Of a DNA stretch of 47,723 nucleotides, positions 10,028-20,539 are shown one piece after another. The notes beneath the pieces were generated by a model, which saw nothing but the letters and a program-made list of their open reading frames with translations, was not told the origin of the DNA and searched no databases. Both the position numbers and the translations under genes were made by a program. The DNA is from Fusobacterium sp. (GTDB lineage Bacteria > Fusobacteriota > Fusobacteriia > Fusobacteriales > Fusobacteriaceae), in contig JBAYCK010000001.1 of assembly GCA_041668805.1 (NCBI GenBank), positions 1 to 47,723 on the forward strand. Direction: 5' to 3'. Position 1 is the first letter of the stretch; each line of letters begins with the position of its first letter.

Positions 10028-13000
10028 CTAAAAAAGACATATTTGATTAGTATCACTTAAATTTTCAACAGCATTAATTGACTTTAATTTATCTAAAGTA
10101 GTTGAAGAAATTTTAGTTCGACGTTTTAAATCTTCGTAAGAAAGAAATTTATCACTATTTCTTTCTTTAATTAAATTTTCAATAACACTAGATCCAAGAC
10201 CATTAATTCCAAGAAGAGGAACTCTTATTTTACCATCTTCAATTGTAAATTTAAAACCTTCAGATTTATATAAATCAATTTTTAAAAACTCAAATCCCCG
10301 AGCATACATTTCTATAACAATTTCACAAATAGAAAATTGAGTTTTCTTTTTAACGTCTAGCTTAGGTTCTTGTTTTAATTCTTCTAACTTTGCCTTAGCT
10401 AAATCACTATTTCCCATAATTTCAAAATCAAAATCATCAATTTTTCTAGTTAAGTAAGCTGCATAGAAAGCTAAAGGATAATGAACTTTGAAATATGCAA
10501 TTCTCATGGCCATCATAACATAGGCAACAGCATGACCCTTTGGGAACATATATTTTATTCTTTTGCAAGACTCAATATACCAATCTTTAACATTTTTTTC
10601 TTTTAATATATTAGAGTATTTTTGCCATTGTTCAGGATCTTTAGAAGGTTTTCCCTTTCTAACAAATTCCATTATTTTAAAAGCAGTTAATTTTTCAATA
10701 CCGTTATCAATAAGATAGTTCATAATATCATCTCTAACTGTAATAACATCCGATAGAGTTGCTTTCCCCTCTCTTATAAATTGTTGAGCGTTATTAAGCC
10801 AAACGTCAGTACCGTGAGAAAGACCAGATATTCTAACTAGTTCAGCAAAAGTTTTAGGACGAGTATCAACAAGCATTTGTCTAACAAATTGAGTCCCAAA
10901 TTCAGGAACACCAAAGGTTCCAATAGTTGAGCCAATATCTTCAGGAGAAACATTTAATATGTCAGTTCCAGAAAATAATTGAAGAGTTTCACTATCAGCA
11001 ATTGGAATATCATATATATCTACTCCAGTATATTCTTGCAGCATTTTAATAGTTGTAGGGTCATCATGCCCAAGTATATCTAATTTAACAAGCTGTTCAT
11101 CCATAACATGATAATCAAAGTGAGTAGTTATAGAGTCATTATTAATATCGTTAGCAGGGTGTTGAATAGGGCAAAAATCATAAACTTCCATATTTTTAGG
11201 AACAATAACCATTCCTCCAGGATGTTGTCCAGTTGTTTTTTTAGCACCTTCAACTTTAGAAGCTCTTCTAAAAATTTCAGCATTATTTCCAGAAATTTCA
11301 TGATCTTCAAAGAATTTTTTTACATATCCAATGGCATTTTTTTCTGCTAAAGTTGAAATTGTTCCAGCTTTAAATACATTAGATTTTCCAAACATTTCTT
11401 CACAATACCTATGAATTTCAGATTGATATTCTCCAGAAAAATTAAGATCAATATCTGGGACTTTATCCCCATCAAACCCCATAAAAACTTCAAATGGAAT
11501 AGCATGTCCGTCTCTTTTTAAAAGTTTTCCACATTTAGGACAATTTTTTTCTGGTAAATCTACACCAGCACCTTCTTTGTCAGTAAATTCAGAATATTTA
11601 CATTCTTGATTTTCACAAATATAATGGGGATACAGTGCATTAACTTCGGTGATTCCCATCATAAAAGCAACAAGAGAAGAACCTACAGATCCTCTAGATC
11701 CAACAAGGTATCCATTATCTAGAGATTTTTTTACAAGCTTTTGAGCAGATAAATAAAGAACAGAAAATCCATGATTTATAATTGAATTAAGTTCTCTTTC
11801 TAATCTTTGTTTTATTATTTCAGGAAGTGGGTTTCCATAAATACGATAAGCTTTTTCATACGTCATATCCCTAACAATATTTTCAGAATTATCTAGCTCA
11901 GGTGGATAAAATCCATCTGGAATAGGTTGAACTTTTTCAATTTTATCAGCAATAGCATTAGTATTTTTAATTACAATTTCTTTAGCAATATCTTCACCTA
12001 AATAAGAAAATTCATCAAGGAGTTCATTTGTTGTTTTAAAGTAAAATCCATTATCAATTAAATATTGTCTTTTATTGAAGGCTGTTCCACTACCATAAAG
12101 TAAGATGCTTCTTATATTAGCTTCATCTCTTTCTAAGTAATGGACATTTGAACTAGCAGTGACTAATTTATTATGTTTTTGACATATATTGTAGATATAA
12201 GAGTTCATATTTTCAATGGCTTTATAATCAGTAATTCTATTGGTACCATCTTCTTCTATAAGTTCATTGAAATTTTCTCTAGATAAAAGCTCAATATAAT
12301 CATAAAATTCAATAGACTCTTCAACACCTTTGAAATTATAATCTAAATAATTTGAAGAAATATCGTTGGTATTTCTATAGTGGACAGTTGTACTTCCACC
12401 TATTAAAAGACCTTTTCTAAGGGCTTGAACCTCACTTTTTAAGATTCTAGCTTTTTTACTACCAAAATGATCTTTATGTGCTAATGAGACTAATTTATAT
12501 AAATTTTTCAAACCCTCTTGATTTTGAACAAGGGCAATAATATTAATAGTATCTTGTTTTTCCACATTAAGTGGAAAAGCTCCAGTAATATCCTTTAGAT
12601 TTGTAATTTCTTTATCAAAATATTTATTTAAAAATATTACAAACATTCCTGCTGTTGCTTGGGAATCATCAACAGCTCTATGATGACTTTCAAGTGCAAC
12701 TCCTAATTTTTTAGTAAGAGGGCCTAATCCAAAACTTTTTAAATGTGGCATAACATCTCTAGCCATTTGAAGAGTATCTATAACAGTTGGATCAAAATCA
12801 ATATTTAATATTTTCTTGCAATCTCTTCTAATGAAACTCATATCAAATTTGGCATTGTGAGCCACTAAAGTAGCATCTTTAGAAAATTCAATAAATTTAG
12901 GTAAGACCTCTTCTATTCCTAAAGCGTCAGCTACCATAGTATCTGAAATACTAGTTAATTTTTGAATTTTTTCAGGAATTTTATTTTTAGGTTTAACAAA

Positions 13001-14362
13001 TTCAGAGAATTTATCAATAATCCTAGTACCTTTTAGTTTTATAGCTCCAATTTCAATAATTTCATTATCATGGGAGTTAAGACCTGTAGTTTCCAAGTCA
13101 AAAACAACAAAGGTTTCTTCTTCAATAGGTATATCTTTTGGATTTAAAACCATAGGTTTTTCATCATCAATCATGTACATTTCGCATCCTAAAATAGCTT
13201 TAAAATCCTTATCTTTTTTAGTTTGATTAAAGGCTACAGGAAAAGTATGAACAACAGAATAGTCAGTAATAGCCATACTTTTATGTCCAAAGGATTTAGC
13301 AGTATTTATTAAGTCAGTTATTTCAGTTACTCCTACCATTTCACTCATTTTACTATGAGTGTGTAACTCAACCATTTTTTCTTCAGAAGTATCAACTTTG
13401 GTTTCTTTAGTTATATCTAATTTATTAATAGACGAAGCGATTAAAACCTCTTCGTTATCAGAAAATTTATCTAGTTGTTTTCTACCACTTGCTTTAATAA
13501 AGTTTTCAACCTCAATATCTTCATTAACATTGTTTTTTTGGAATTTTTTTATAGTTAAAGAATTAGAATTATCAGTTATTCTAAATGTTTTTAAAATAGT
13601 TCCATTTTTTAATTCCCTAGATTCAACACTAAAAACTTCTCCTTGAATAATACAAGATTCACCCTCATAAATATCTTTAAATTCACCAATTGAAATAGGT
13701 GTCCCCTTTATTTTTCTAGAATTTCTTTTAACAGCTTTATTTGTCCAAGTTTCACTTGAATTATTTTCTTTTGTTAACTGTGGATTAGCTTTAATTTCAG
13801 CTATTTCCTTATCAATTTTTGCACTTAAAGTAAAAATTACATTTTCCTTTTCTTTTTCCAATTTATCTATTTCCTTTGAAAAATCTCCAGGAATAAAAAA
13901 AACATTAAAATTATTTATTCCAAATTCAGTAAGAATTCTTTCTAATTTAATATTTATTTTTGAATCGTATAAATTTTCAATAGCAATTTTATTTTTAAGT
14001 TCAATCATAATTTTATTTTGCTCAATATTAATTCTATAGAGAAAAAGAAAAGATTTAGATGTGGCATTATTTTCTTTTAATTTATAAATAGCCTTATCAA
14101 TAATATCAATAAGTGTTTCCTTTGATATTTCATTATCTTTATAAGTAATTTCAAACTCTACTGAAATAGAAGAACCAAATGTTTTTCTTAATTCTTTGGA
14201 GATTAAGTCAGTTTCAGAAATAAAAGAAGGGTTCTTTATTGAACATTTTATTTTTAAAGTTTTAGTTTTATTAAAGAATAAAATTAATTTAACAAAGATA
14301 TTCTTAGCTCCTAAATAATGAAAAAAATCTTCTTTAGGAGTAATTTTAATTTTTTTATTCAT
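10028..14362 (-). CDS. polC: DNA polymerase III PolC-type
   Basis: PHP (VELHTHS), inserted DEDDh exonuclease (VFDLETTG, HNAKFD, HHRAVDD), GSRGSVGSS, Zn finger, KVPDIDLNFS, YMFPKGHA. Confidence 0.97.
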   Translation of the reverse strand: MNKKIKITPKEDFFHYLGAKNIFVKLILFFNKTKTLKIKCSIKNPSFISETDLISKELRKTFGSSISVEFEITYKDNEISKETLIDIIDKAIYKLKENNATSKSFLFLYRINIEQNKIMIELKNKIAIENLYDSKINIKLERILTEFGINNFNVFFIPGDFSKEIDKLEKEKENVIFTLSAKIDKEIAEIKANPQLTKENNSSETWTNKAVKRNSRKIKGTPISIGEFKDIYEGESCIIQGEVFSVESRELKNGTILKTFRITDNSNSLTIKKFQKNNVNEDIEVENFIKASGRKQLDKFSDNEEVLIASSINKLDITKETKVDTSEEKMVELHTHSKMSEMVGVTEITDLINTAKSFGHKSMAITDYSVVHTFPVAFNQTKKDKDFKAILGCEMYMIDDEKPMVLNPKDIPIEEETFVVFDLETTGLNSHDNEIIEIGAIKLKGTRIIDKFSEFVKPKNKIPEKIQKLTSISDTMVADALGIEEVLPKFIEFSKDATLVAHNAKFDMSFIRRDCKKILNIDFDPTVIDTLQMARDVMPHLKSFGLGPLTKKLGVALESHHRAVDDSQATAGMFVIFLNKYFDKEITNLKDITGAFPLNVEKQDTINIIALVQNQEGLKNLYKLVSLAHKDHFGSKKARILKSEVQALRKGLLIGGSTTVHYRNTNDISSNYLDYNFKGVEESIEFYDYIELLSRENFNELIEEDGTNRITDYKAIENMNSYIYNICQKHNKLVTASSNVHYLERDEANIRSILLYGSGTAFNKRQYLIDNGFYFKTTNELLDEFSYLGEDIAKEIVIKNTNAIADKIEKVQPIPDGFYPPELDNSENIVRDMTYEKAYRIYGNPLPEIIKQRLERELNSIINHGFSVLYLSAQKLVKKSLDNGYLVGSRGSVGSSLVAFMMGITEVNALYPHYICENQECKYSEFTDKEGAGVDLPEKNCPKCGKLLKRDGHAIPFEVFMGFDGDKVPDIDLNFSGEYQSEIHRYCEEMFGKSNVFKAGTISTLAEKNAIGYVKKFFEDHEISGNNAEIFRRASKVEGAKKTTGQHPGGMVIVPKNMEVYDFCPIQHPANDINNDSITTHFDYHVMDEQLVKLDILGHDDPTTIKMLQEYTGVDIYDIPIADSETLQLFSGTDILNVSPEDIGSTIGTFGVPEFGTQFVRQMLVDTRPKTFAELVRISGLSHGTDVWLNNAQQFIREGKATLSDVITVRDDIMNYLIDNGIEKLTAFKIMEFVRKGKPSKDPEQWQKYSNILKEKNVKDWYIESCKRIKYMFPKGHAVAYVMMAMRIAYFKVHYPLAFYAAYLTRKIDDFDFEIMGNSDLAKAKLEELKQEPKLDVKKKTQFSICEIVIEMYARGFEFLKIDLYKSEGFKFTIEDGKIRVPLLGINGLGSSVIENLIKERNSDKFLSYEDLKRRTKISSTTLDKLKSINAVENLSDTNQICLF

Positions 14363-14383
14363 ACTAATCTCCCAATGGTAATA

Positions 14384-14947
14384 TTATTTTTCTCCAAGAA
14401 CTCTATCTAGGATAATAGATACAGCAGCTCTAACAGAAAGATGATTATATTTAGTAGTTCCTCTTATAGGTTCTAAAATGTAATCAGACATGTTCATAAC
14501 TTCTTTTATAAGTCCCCAACCAGTTCCAAATAAAAATAGGTAAGGTTTGTCATCATTAAATATTTTATCAGAAAGTCCAGAATAGCTAATGGAATTAGGA
14601 TAAATATGTGCTGAAGTTGTTATGATAACAGGTTTTTCACCTTCATTTTTTTCAATATCTAAAATAGCTTCTTCTAAAGAGTCTTTTACTTTTGTATGTT
14701 TAAAAGCGGACTCTCTATCCCTATTGTATTCTCCACCAGATCCATCTTGCCAGTAGCCAATAATTCTTTGAGTAAGCTGTTTTTGTGCTTCAACAGGAAC
14801 AATTAAATCATATTCTTTGATATTATAAGTTCTACAAGTTCTAGAAATATCATGAATATCAAAATTTGTAACAGAAGTACATACAGTTTCCATATTTTTA
14901 TTATAAACTGGGTAATGTACTAGAGCTAAGTATATTTTATTTCTCAT
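14384..14947 (-). CDS. SPOUT-family RNA methyltransferase (TrmD-associated, COG4752/DUF2168-like)
   Basis: ALVHYPV.NK, TNFDIHDISR, FGTGWGL and YNHLSVRAA motifs. Confidence 0.85.
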   Translation of the reverse strand: MRNKIYLALVHYPVYNKNMETVCTSVTNFDIHDISRTCRTYNIKEYDLIVPVEAQKQLTQRIIGYWQDGSGGEYNRDRESAFKHTKVKDSLEEAILDIEKNEGEKPVIITTSAHIYPNSISYSGLSDKIFNDDKPYLFLFGTGWGLIKEVMNMSDYILEPIRGTTKYNHLSVRAAVSIILDRVLGEK

Positions 14948-14966
14948 AATCGATTTTCCACCTTTT

Positions 14967-15689
14967 TTAGTTATTATCTAATTCTAAAATTATTTCTTTT
15001 AATAATTTTTTTTCTAAGTCGTTTAAAACTTTATTTTTTAATAAATCAGGTCTTCTAAGATAAGTCCTTTTTAAACTTTCTTTGATTCTCCATTCTTTAA
15101 TTTTCCTATGATTTCCTGAAATTAATACGTCTGGGACTTTTAATCCTTTATATTCTGCAGGTCTTGTGTATTGAGGATAATCTAATAGACCATTAAAAAA
15201 TGAATCATTTTCATAGGAAGCTTTTTTAATAACCCCAGGAATAAGTCTAGATATAGTATCAATTATAACCATAGCTGGTATTTCCCCGCCAGTTAAAACA
15301 TAATCTCCAATGGAAATTTCCAAATCAACTTTTTCATTGACAACTCTTTCATCAATTCCTTCATAATGACCAGCAATAATAGTTATTTCATCTTCTTTTT
15401 TTAAATTAATTGCAAGTTGTTGATCAAAAGTTTTCCCTTGAGGAGATGTATAAATAACTTTCCCTTGGCATTGGTCCAATGCACGAAAAAGAGGTTCAGG
15501 TTTCATAACCATTCCTCCTTCTCCACCAAATGGAATATCATCAGCTTGTTTATGTTTATCAAAACAAAAATCTCTGATATTTATTACATTAATTTCTATT
15601 AAATTATTTTTTACAGCTCTTCCAATGATGCTTTGATTTTTAAAAGCATGAAAAAGCTCAGGAAATAAAGTTAAAATATTTATTTTCAA
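14967..15689 (-). CDS. trmD: tRNA (guanine37-N1)-methyltransferase
   Basis: LTLFPE, DD.PFGG, SPQG, GHYEGIDER, SIGDYVLTGGE, LDYPQYTRP; TTG start. Confidence 0.97.
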   Translation of the reverse strand: MKINILTLFPELFHAFKNQSIIGRAVKNNLIEINVINIRDFCFDKHKQADDIPFGGEGGMVMKPEPLFRALDQCQGKVIYTSPQGKTFDQQLAINLKKEDEITIIAGHYEGIDERVVNEKVDLEISIGDYVLTGGEIPAMVIIDTISRLIPGVIKKASYENDSFFNGLLDYPQYTRPAEYKGLKVPDVLISGNHRKIKEWRIKESLKRTYLRRPDLLKNKVLNDLEKKLLKEIILELDNN

Positions 15690-15711
15690 ATTATACCCCT
15701 TTATATTTAAA

Positions 15712-16230
15712 TTATTTTTTTATTTTTAATTCTCTCATACCTTCCCAAAGATCCACAACTATTTTATTTTCAGAAAAATTAATATCTTTAATAAAAGGTT
15801 CTATTTTAGGAATCATAGCTTCATAATCATCATCAGTAACTACAATAATATCATGAGCAGCAGTATCAAAAACCTCTGTTACAGTTCCAATGAAAGTGTC
15901 ATCTTCTAAAAAAACTTTCATTTCAAGAAGATCTTGTAACAGATATTCTCCTTCAGCTAATCCTAAAATATTTCTATTTACTTTTATTATTCCGTTATGT
16001 AAGATATTAGCTTCTGTTTTATTTTTAATTTCTGAAAATTCAATTGTATATTTTTCTCCCACAAGTCTAGATACTTTAGTGACTGTAAGTATAATTTTTT
16101 CTCCAGTAGCCTTTATAATTAAGACTTTCTCATTAATAAGCACATTTGGATCACTTATATTAAGATTTGATTTTACAACACCTTTTAAATGGTGAGTTCC
16201 AGATATTTTTCCAATAGTAACTAAATTCAT
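15712..16230 (-). CDS. rimM: Ribosome maturation factor RimM
   Basis: IGKI.GTH.LKG N-terminus and PRC barrel; lies between khpA and trmD. Confidence 0.92.
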   Translation of the reverse strand: MNLVTIGKISGTHHLKGVVKSNLNISDPNVLINEKVLIIKATGEKIILTVTKVSRLVGEKYTIEFSEIKNKTEANILHNGIIKVNRNILGLAEGEYLLQDLLEMKVFLEDDTFIGTVTEVFDTAAHDIIVVTDDDYEAMIPKIEPFIKDINFSENKIVVDLWEGMRELKIKK

Positions 16231-16238
16231 TTTTTCTC

Positions 16239-16478
16239 CTAATCTAAAAATTCCACATTAACATTTAATTTATCTTTAACACCTGCAGCTTGCATAACTC
16301 CTCTGATAGCATTAGCAGTAAGACCATTTTTACCAATTACTCTTCCCATTTCTCCCTTAGCAACATTAACTTTGAAAATAACAGTGTCGTCTATAAGTTC
16401 ATAAGAGATTCTTATTAATTCTTCATGTTCAACAAGACCACTTAAAATATATTTCAGTAAATTTTCTAATCGTTCCAT
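16239..16478 (-). CDS. khpA: KH-domain RNA-binding protein KhpA
   Basis: 79 aa, EMGRVIGKNG.TANAIR; located upstream of rimM. Confidence 0.9.
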   Translation of the reverse strand: MERLENLLKYILSGLVEHEELIRISYELIDDTVIFKVNVAKGEMGRVIGKNGLTANAIRGVMQAAGVKDKLNVNVEFLD

Positions 16479-16496
16479 TTATAACCTCCATTTTTA

Positions 16497-16736
16497 TTAT
16501 AAGTTACCATTCCACAAACCCTCGCTAAGAATTTCAATTTCAACATAGTTTTCTCCTAAATCAAGGATTATCTTCTTTGCAATGTCTTTAAAATCTGTAG
16601 TGGTAATTATTGTAATCAATCCTTTTTTAGGATCATTAGTTCTTACAACTCCAATACCTTCATAAGCTTCCATGATTTTATTAATAAAATCAATATCTTC
16701 TTTTCTAGTTTGAATAAAAAATTCATAACTTTTCAT
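16497..16736 (-). CDS. Small hypothetical protein, DUF4911-like
   Basis: DIDFINKIMEAYEGIG.VRT.D pattern recalled for DUF4911; AGGAG RBS. Confidence 0.65.
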   Translation of the reverse strand: MKSYEFFIQTRKEDIDFINKIMEAYEGIGVVRTNDPKKGLITIITTTDFKDIAKKIILDLGENYVEIEILSEGLWNGNL

Positions 16737-16755
16737 ATAAACACTCCTAATTATA

Positions 16756-16795
16756 AAATAAGGCTGAATAAATTTTAATATTCAGCCTTATTTTT
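16756..16795. terminator. Terminator hairpin after rsmA
   Basis: aaaataaggctgaata...tattcagccttatttt. Confidence 0.7.
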
Positions 16796-16799
16796 TCAT

Positions 16800-17594
16800 T
16801 TATTTATTTTCAAATAAGTTAGCTAATTCTATAAATTTATCAATAGTTATATTTTCAGCTCTTTCATTTGGAGATATTCCCAAAATTTCTAATTTTTCTT
16901 TTATAAAATCTTTAGAAAAATGTAGAGTTGATAAATTATTTACAATATTTTTTCTCTTGTTTGAAAAAGATGCTTTTACATATTTAAAAAATAATTCTTC
17001 TGAAATTTTGTTTTCATATTTTTTATCTCTATGTAATTTTATAGAAATAAATCCTGAATCAACTTTTGGAATTGGTGTGAAAGATTCCTTTGGAATAGTG
17101 AATAAATATTCTCCTTTTCCAAAAAATTCAACAGCTAATGTAAGGATACTTCTTTCCTTACCAGAAATAGCACAAATTCTTTCTCCAACTTCCTTTTGAA
17201 CCATTAAATAAATTTCGCTGATTTTATCTCTATGAGAAATTAATTTATTAACTATTGGAGAGGTAATATAATAAGGAATATTAGCAATGACTTTAGTATT
17301 TGAAACTAAAAATTCATTTAAATCTACTTCTAAGATATCTCCCATAATCAAATTAAATTTCTTTTCATTTTCAAATTTTACTTTAAGAAGTTTTTCTAAA
17401 TCAGTGTCAATTTCAACACAATTTACTTTTTTAGATTTTTTTAATAAAAGTTCAGTTAAAGCCCCTTCTCCAGGTCCTATTTCTAAAATCTCTTCATTTT
17501 CACAAGGATTTGAAACTTCTATTATTTTATCTAATATATTATTTTGATCAGTTAAAAAATTTTGACCATATTTTTTTTTATGTTTAAATGACAT
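16800..17594 (-). CDS. rsmA: 16S rRNA m6,2A dimethyltransferase RsmA/KsgA
   Basis: KKKYGQNFL, LEIGPGEGALT, ANIPYYITSP, MVQKEV, F.P.PKVDS. Confidence 0.97.
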   Translation of the reverse strand: MSFKHKKKYGQNFLTDQNNILDKIIEVSNPCENEEILEIGPGEGALTELLLKKSKKVNCVEIDTDLEKLLKVKFENEKKFNLIMGDILEVDLNEFLVSNTKVIANIPYYITSPIVNKLISHRDKISEIYLMVQKEVGERICAISGKERSILTLAVEFFGKGEYLFTIPKESFTPIPKVDSGFISIKLHRDKKYENKISEELFFKYVKASFSNKRKNIVNNLSTLHFSKDFIKEKLEILGISPNERAENITIDKFIELANLFENK

Positions 17595-17602
17595 TATTTC
17601 TC

Positions 17603-18130
17603 CTATTTTTTTTGAATAAATTTTCCAACGAAAGGTAAGTTTCTATATTTTTCATCTAAATCTAATCCATATCCAACGACGAATTCATCTGGAATTTCAA
17701 AACCAATATATTCTCCCTTAACATCTACTTTTCTTCTGCTAGGTTTATCTAAAAGAGAACAAACTTTTATAGAATTAGGCATTTTTTTTACTAAGAAATC
17801 TTTGACATTAGCAATAGTAAGACCTGTATCAATGATATCTTCTATAATAAGAACATCTTTTCCAGTTAAATCTTCATCAACATCTTTTAGTATTTTAACA
17901 ACTCCTGTAGAATCCATTCCTCCGCCGTAACTAGAAACTTTCATAAAATCCATTGCTAAATCAATATTCATATTTTTTGTAAGTTCAGCCATAAACATAA
18001 CAGAACCTTTTAAAAGACCCACACAAACTAAATCTTTATCTTTATAATCCTCAGCAATTATACTTCCTAATTCCTTAATACGTGATTCTACTTTTTCTTT
18101 AGGGATTAAAATCTCTATACTACCTTCCAT
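17603..18130 (-). CDS. hpt: Hypoxanthine phosphoribosyltransferase
   Basis: LLKGS..F, VLIIEDIIDTGLT, FVVGYGLD..E.YRNLP; ATG at 18130 with GGAGG RBS. Confidence 0.95.
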   Translation of the reverse strand: MEGSIEILIPKEKVESRIKELGSIIAEDYKDKDLVCVGLLKGSVMFMAELTKNMNIDLAMDFMKVSSYGGGMDSTGVVKILKDVDEDLTGKDVLIIEDIIDTGLTIANVKDFLVKKMPNSIKVCSLLDKPSRRKVDVKGEYIGFEIPDEFVVGYGLDLDEKYRNLPFVGKFIQKK

Positions 18131-18186
18131 AATTTCCTCCTGAATATATTTAAACTTTACAAAATTAATCATAAATTATACATTTT

Positions 18187-18252
18187 ATTTTATCATTTAA
18201 GGTATGTTTTAGCAAGTTAAATATTGATATTTTAAGATTTATATGATAACAT
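18187..18252. promoter_or_regulatory. Divergent sigma70 promoters for hpt (-) and the PASTA-rsgA operon (+)
   Basis: Minus: TTGCTA-N17-TAAAAT with TG (18215-18187); plus: TTGATA-N17-TAACAT with TG (18224-18252). Confidence 0.55.
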
Positions 18253-18298
18253 TTTACTAGGTACAATTAAAGAATTTTTGTACTAATCAGGAGGAAAA

Positions 18299-19003
18299 AT
18301 GAAAAAAAAATTACAAATAGGATTTTCCTGTGTACTAGTATTGCTAACATTATTTTTTACTATGAATATATTTTTAGATAAATATTTCAACAAGAATTTT
18401 TATGTTAATCCAGATTTTAAAGGAATGACACTAGAAGAAGTAAAGGATACAATCCCAAAGGGAGTGTTACAAGTAGAGGTATTAGGGAAGGACTTTTCTA
18501 AATTGCCAGTAGGACAAATATTTATGCAAAAACCAGAAGCTGGTCATATTATAAAAAAAGGAAGAGTTATTAAAATATGGATTAGTCTTGGGGAAAATTA
18601 TTATGAAGTTCCTGACTTTTCTGGACAACAATTATTTCAGGTAAAAAGAATATTAGAAGAAAGAGGAATAAAAATAAAAAATGTAGCAAGAACAGATTAT
18701 CCCCTTGCTTACAATTCAGTAATAGCAACTAATCCTAGAGCAGGTGACATTGTAAATTCCCAAGAGGGTATATCAATATTAACAAGTAATAGAACCTCAA
18801 ATAAGATGGTTGAAATTCCAGATATTATTGGTTTTCCATTGGAAGAAGCTAAAGAAATATTAAAAAAGAAATCCATATTTATAGGAGAAGTAGAAACGAT
18901 AGAAGTTAAAGGTCTTGAATCAGGAATTGTCGTTGAGACAAATTTAGAAACTAAAAGTAAAATTTCATCAGGTTCTAGTATAAATTTGGTGATTTCCAAA
19001 TAA
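18299..19003 (+). CDS. Membrane-anchored PASTA-repeat protein (about 3 PASTA, no kinase domain)
   Basis: N-terminal TM, then PDF.G repeats (PDFKGMT, VPDFSG, IPDIIG) with Q.P..G motifs. Confidence 0.85.
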   Translation: MKKKLQIGFSCVLVLLTLFFTMNIFLDKYFNKNFYVNPDFKGMTLEEVKDTIPKGVLQVEVLGKDFSKLPVGQIFMQKPEAGHIIKKGRVIKIWISLGENYYEVPDFSGQQLFQVKRILEERGIKIKNVARTDYPLAYNSVIATNPRAGDIVNSQEGISILTSNRTSNKMVEIPDIIGFPLEEAKEILKKKSIFIGEVETIEVKGLESGIVVETNLETKSKISSGSSINLVISK

Positions 19004-19007
19004 GGAG

Positions 19008-19910
19008 TTGGTATATATAAAAGGAAGAATAATCAATAAAGTTCAAGGTTTTTACTATGTTAAAACAGAAGATAAAACTTATGAGTGTAAACTTAGGGGA
19101 ATTCTTAAAAGAAAGGATAAAAAAGATAATTGTGTTGTGGGAGATTTTGTAGAAATATCTGAAGAAGGAAATATAATAAAAATATATGAAAGAAAAAATA
19201 TTATAAACAGACCTTTAGTTTCAAATGTAGATTTTTTAGTTATACAGTTTGCAACAAAGGATCCAGCTATGGATTTTGGAAGGTTAAATATTTTGTTATT
19301 AAATAGTTTTTATTATAAAGTTGCTCCAATTATTGTAATAAATAAAATAGACTTAATATCAGAAGATGAAAAAAATGAGTTAAAGGAAAAATTAAAATAT
19401 TTAGAAAATATAAATATACCTGTTTTTTTAATTTCAACATATGATAAAATAGGTATAGAGAATCTTGAAAAGATTATGAAAAATAAGACAGTAGCCTTTG
19501 GAGGACCTAGTGGAGTTGGAAAATCAAGTATTCTTAATTTTCTACAAGATTCTAAGGAATTAGTAGTTGGAGAAACAAGTAAAAGATTAAAAGCAGGGAA
19601 GCATACAACAAGGGATTCTAAATTATTGCCATCTATTTGTGGAGGTTATGTAATTGATACACCAGGTTTTTCATCAATAGAATTACCACCAATAAAAGAC
19701 TATAATGAATTAATATCATTGTTTTCAGAATTTTCAATTGAAGATGGAAATCGTTGTAAATACTTAGATTGTAGACATATTAATGAACCAGATTGTGTAA
19801 TAAAAGAAAAGGTAAAAAGTGGAGAAATATCTGAAACAAGATATAATTTTTATAAACAAGTATATGAAAAATTAAAAGATGAAAGGTGGAAAAATCATGA
19901 AAAATATTAA
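19008..19910 (+). CDS. rsgA: Ribosome small subunit-dependent GTPase RsgA/CpgA (start uncertain, 19008-19017)
   Basis: OB domain, circularly permuted GTPase NKID...GPSGVGKSS...GKHTT...DTPGF, C.Y.DC.H..EP.C Zn knuckle. Confidence 0.95.
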   Translation: MVYIKGRIINKVQGFYYVKTEDKTYECKLRGILKRKDKKDNCVVGDFVEISEEGNIIKIYERKNIINRPLVSNVDFLVIQFATKDPAMDFGRLNILLLNSFYYKVAPIIVINKIDLISEDEKNELKEKLKYLENINIPVFLISTYDKIGIENLEKIMKNKTVAFGGPSGVGKSSILNFLQDSKELVVGETSKRLKAGKHTTRDSKLLPSICGGYVIDTPGFSSIELPPIKDYNELISLFSEFSIEDGNRCKYLDCRHINEPDCVIKEKVKSGEISETRYNFYKQVYEKLKDERWKNHEKY

Positions 19911-20538
19911 AATAGCTCCTTCAATACTATCAGCAGATTTTAGCAAATTAGGAGAAGAGATTATAAGCATAGATAAGGCAGGTGCAGACTGGGTTCACAT
20001 AGATGTTATGGATGGAGCCTTTGTTCCTAATATAACTTTTGGAGCTCCAGTAATAAAATCTGTTAGAGAAAAGACAAAACTTCCTTTTGATGTTCATTTA
20101 ATGATAATGAATCCTGAAAGATATATAGAAGATTTTGTAAAAGCAGGTGCAGATATAATTGTTGTACATGCAGAATCAACAAATCATTTACATAGGGTTA
20201 TTCAACAAATAAAATCATATGGAGTTAAAGCAGGGATTTCTTTAAATCCAGGAACATCTCCAGATGCATTAAAATATTTAATAAATGATTTAGATTTAGT
20301 TTTAGTAATGAGTGTTAACCCTGGATTTGGAGGACAAACTTTTATAGAAAGTTCAGTTGAAAAAATAAAAGAAATTAGAAAAATGGATAAAGATATAGAT
20401 ATAGAAGTTGATGGTGGAATTACAGATAAAACAATAATAAAATGTAAAGAAGCTGGAGCCAATATTTTTGTTGCAGGTTCTTATGTTTTTAAAGGAGATT
20501 ATAGCGAAAGAATCTCTAATCTTAAAAAGGAGGAATAG
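19897..20538 (+). CDS. rpe: Ribulose-phosphate 3-epimerase
   Basis: [36 protein letters not shown]. Confidence 0.97.
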   Translation: MKNIKIAPSILSADFSKLGEEIISIDKAGADWVHIDVMDGAFVPNITFGAPVIKSVREKTKLPFDVHLMIMNPERYIEDFVKAGADIIVVHAESTNHLHRVIQQIKSYGVKAGISLNPGTSPDALKYLINDLDLVLVMSVNPGFGGQTFIESSVEKIKEIRKMDKDIDIEVDGGITDKTIIKCKEAGANIFVAGSYVFKGDYSERISNLKKEE

Positions 20539-20539
20539 T

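Noticed and set aside
10028-14362. Intein or insertion in polC
   Set aside because: 1444 aa is a normal PolC length; the exonuclease inside the PHP domain is standard for PolC.
16239-16736. Absence of rpsP before khpA-rimM-trmD
   Set aside because: Simple gene-order variation; nothing further can be concluded from this window.
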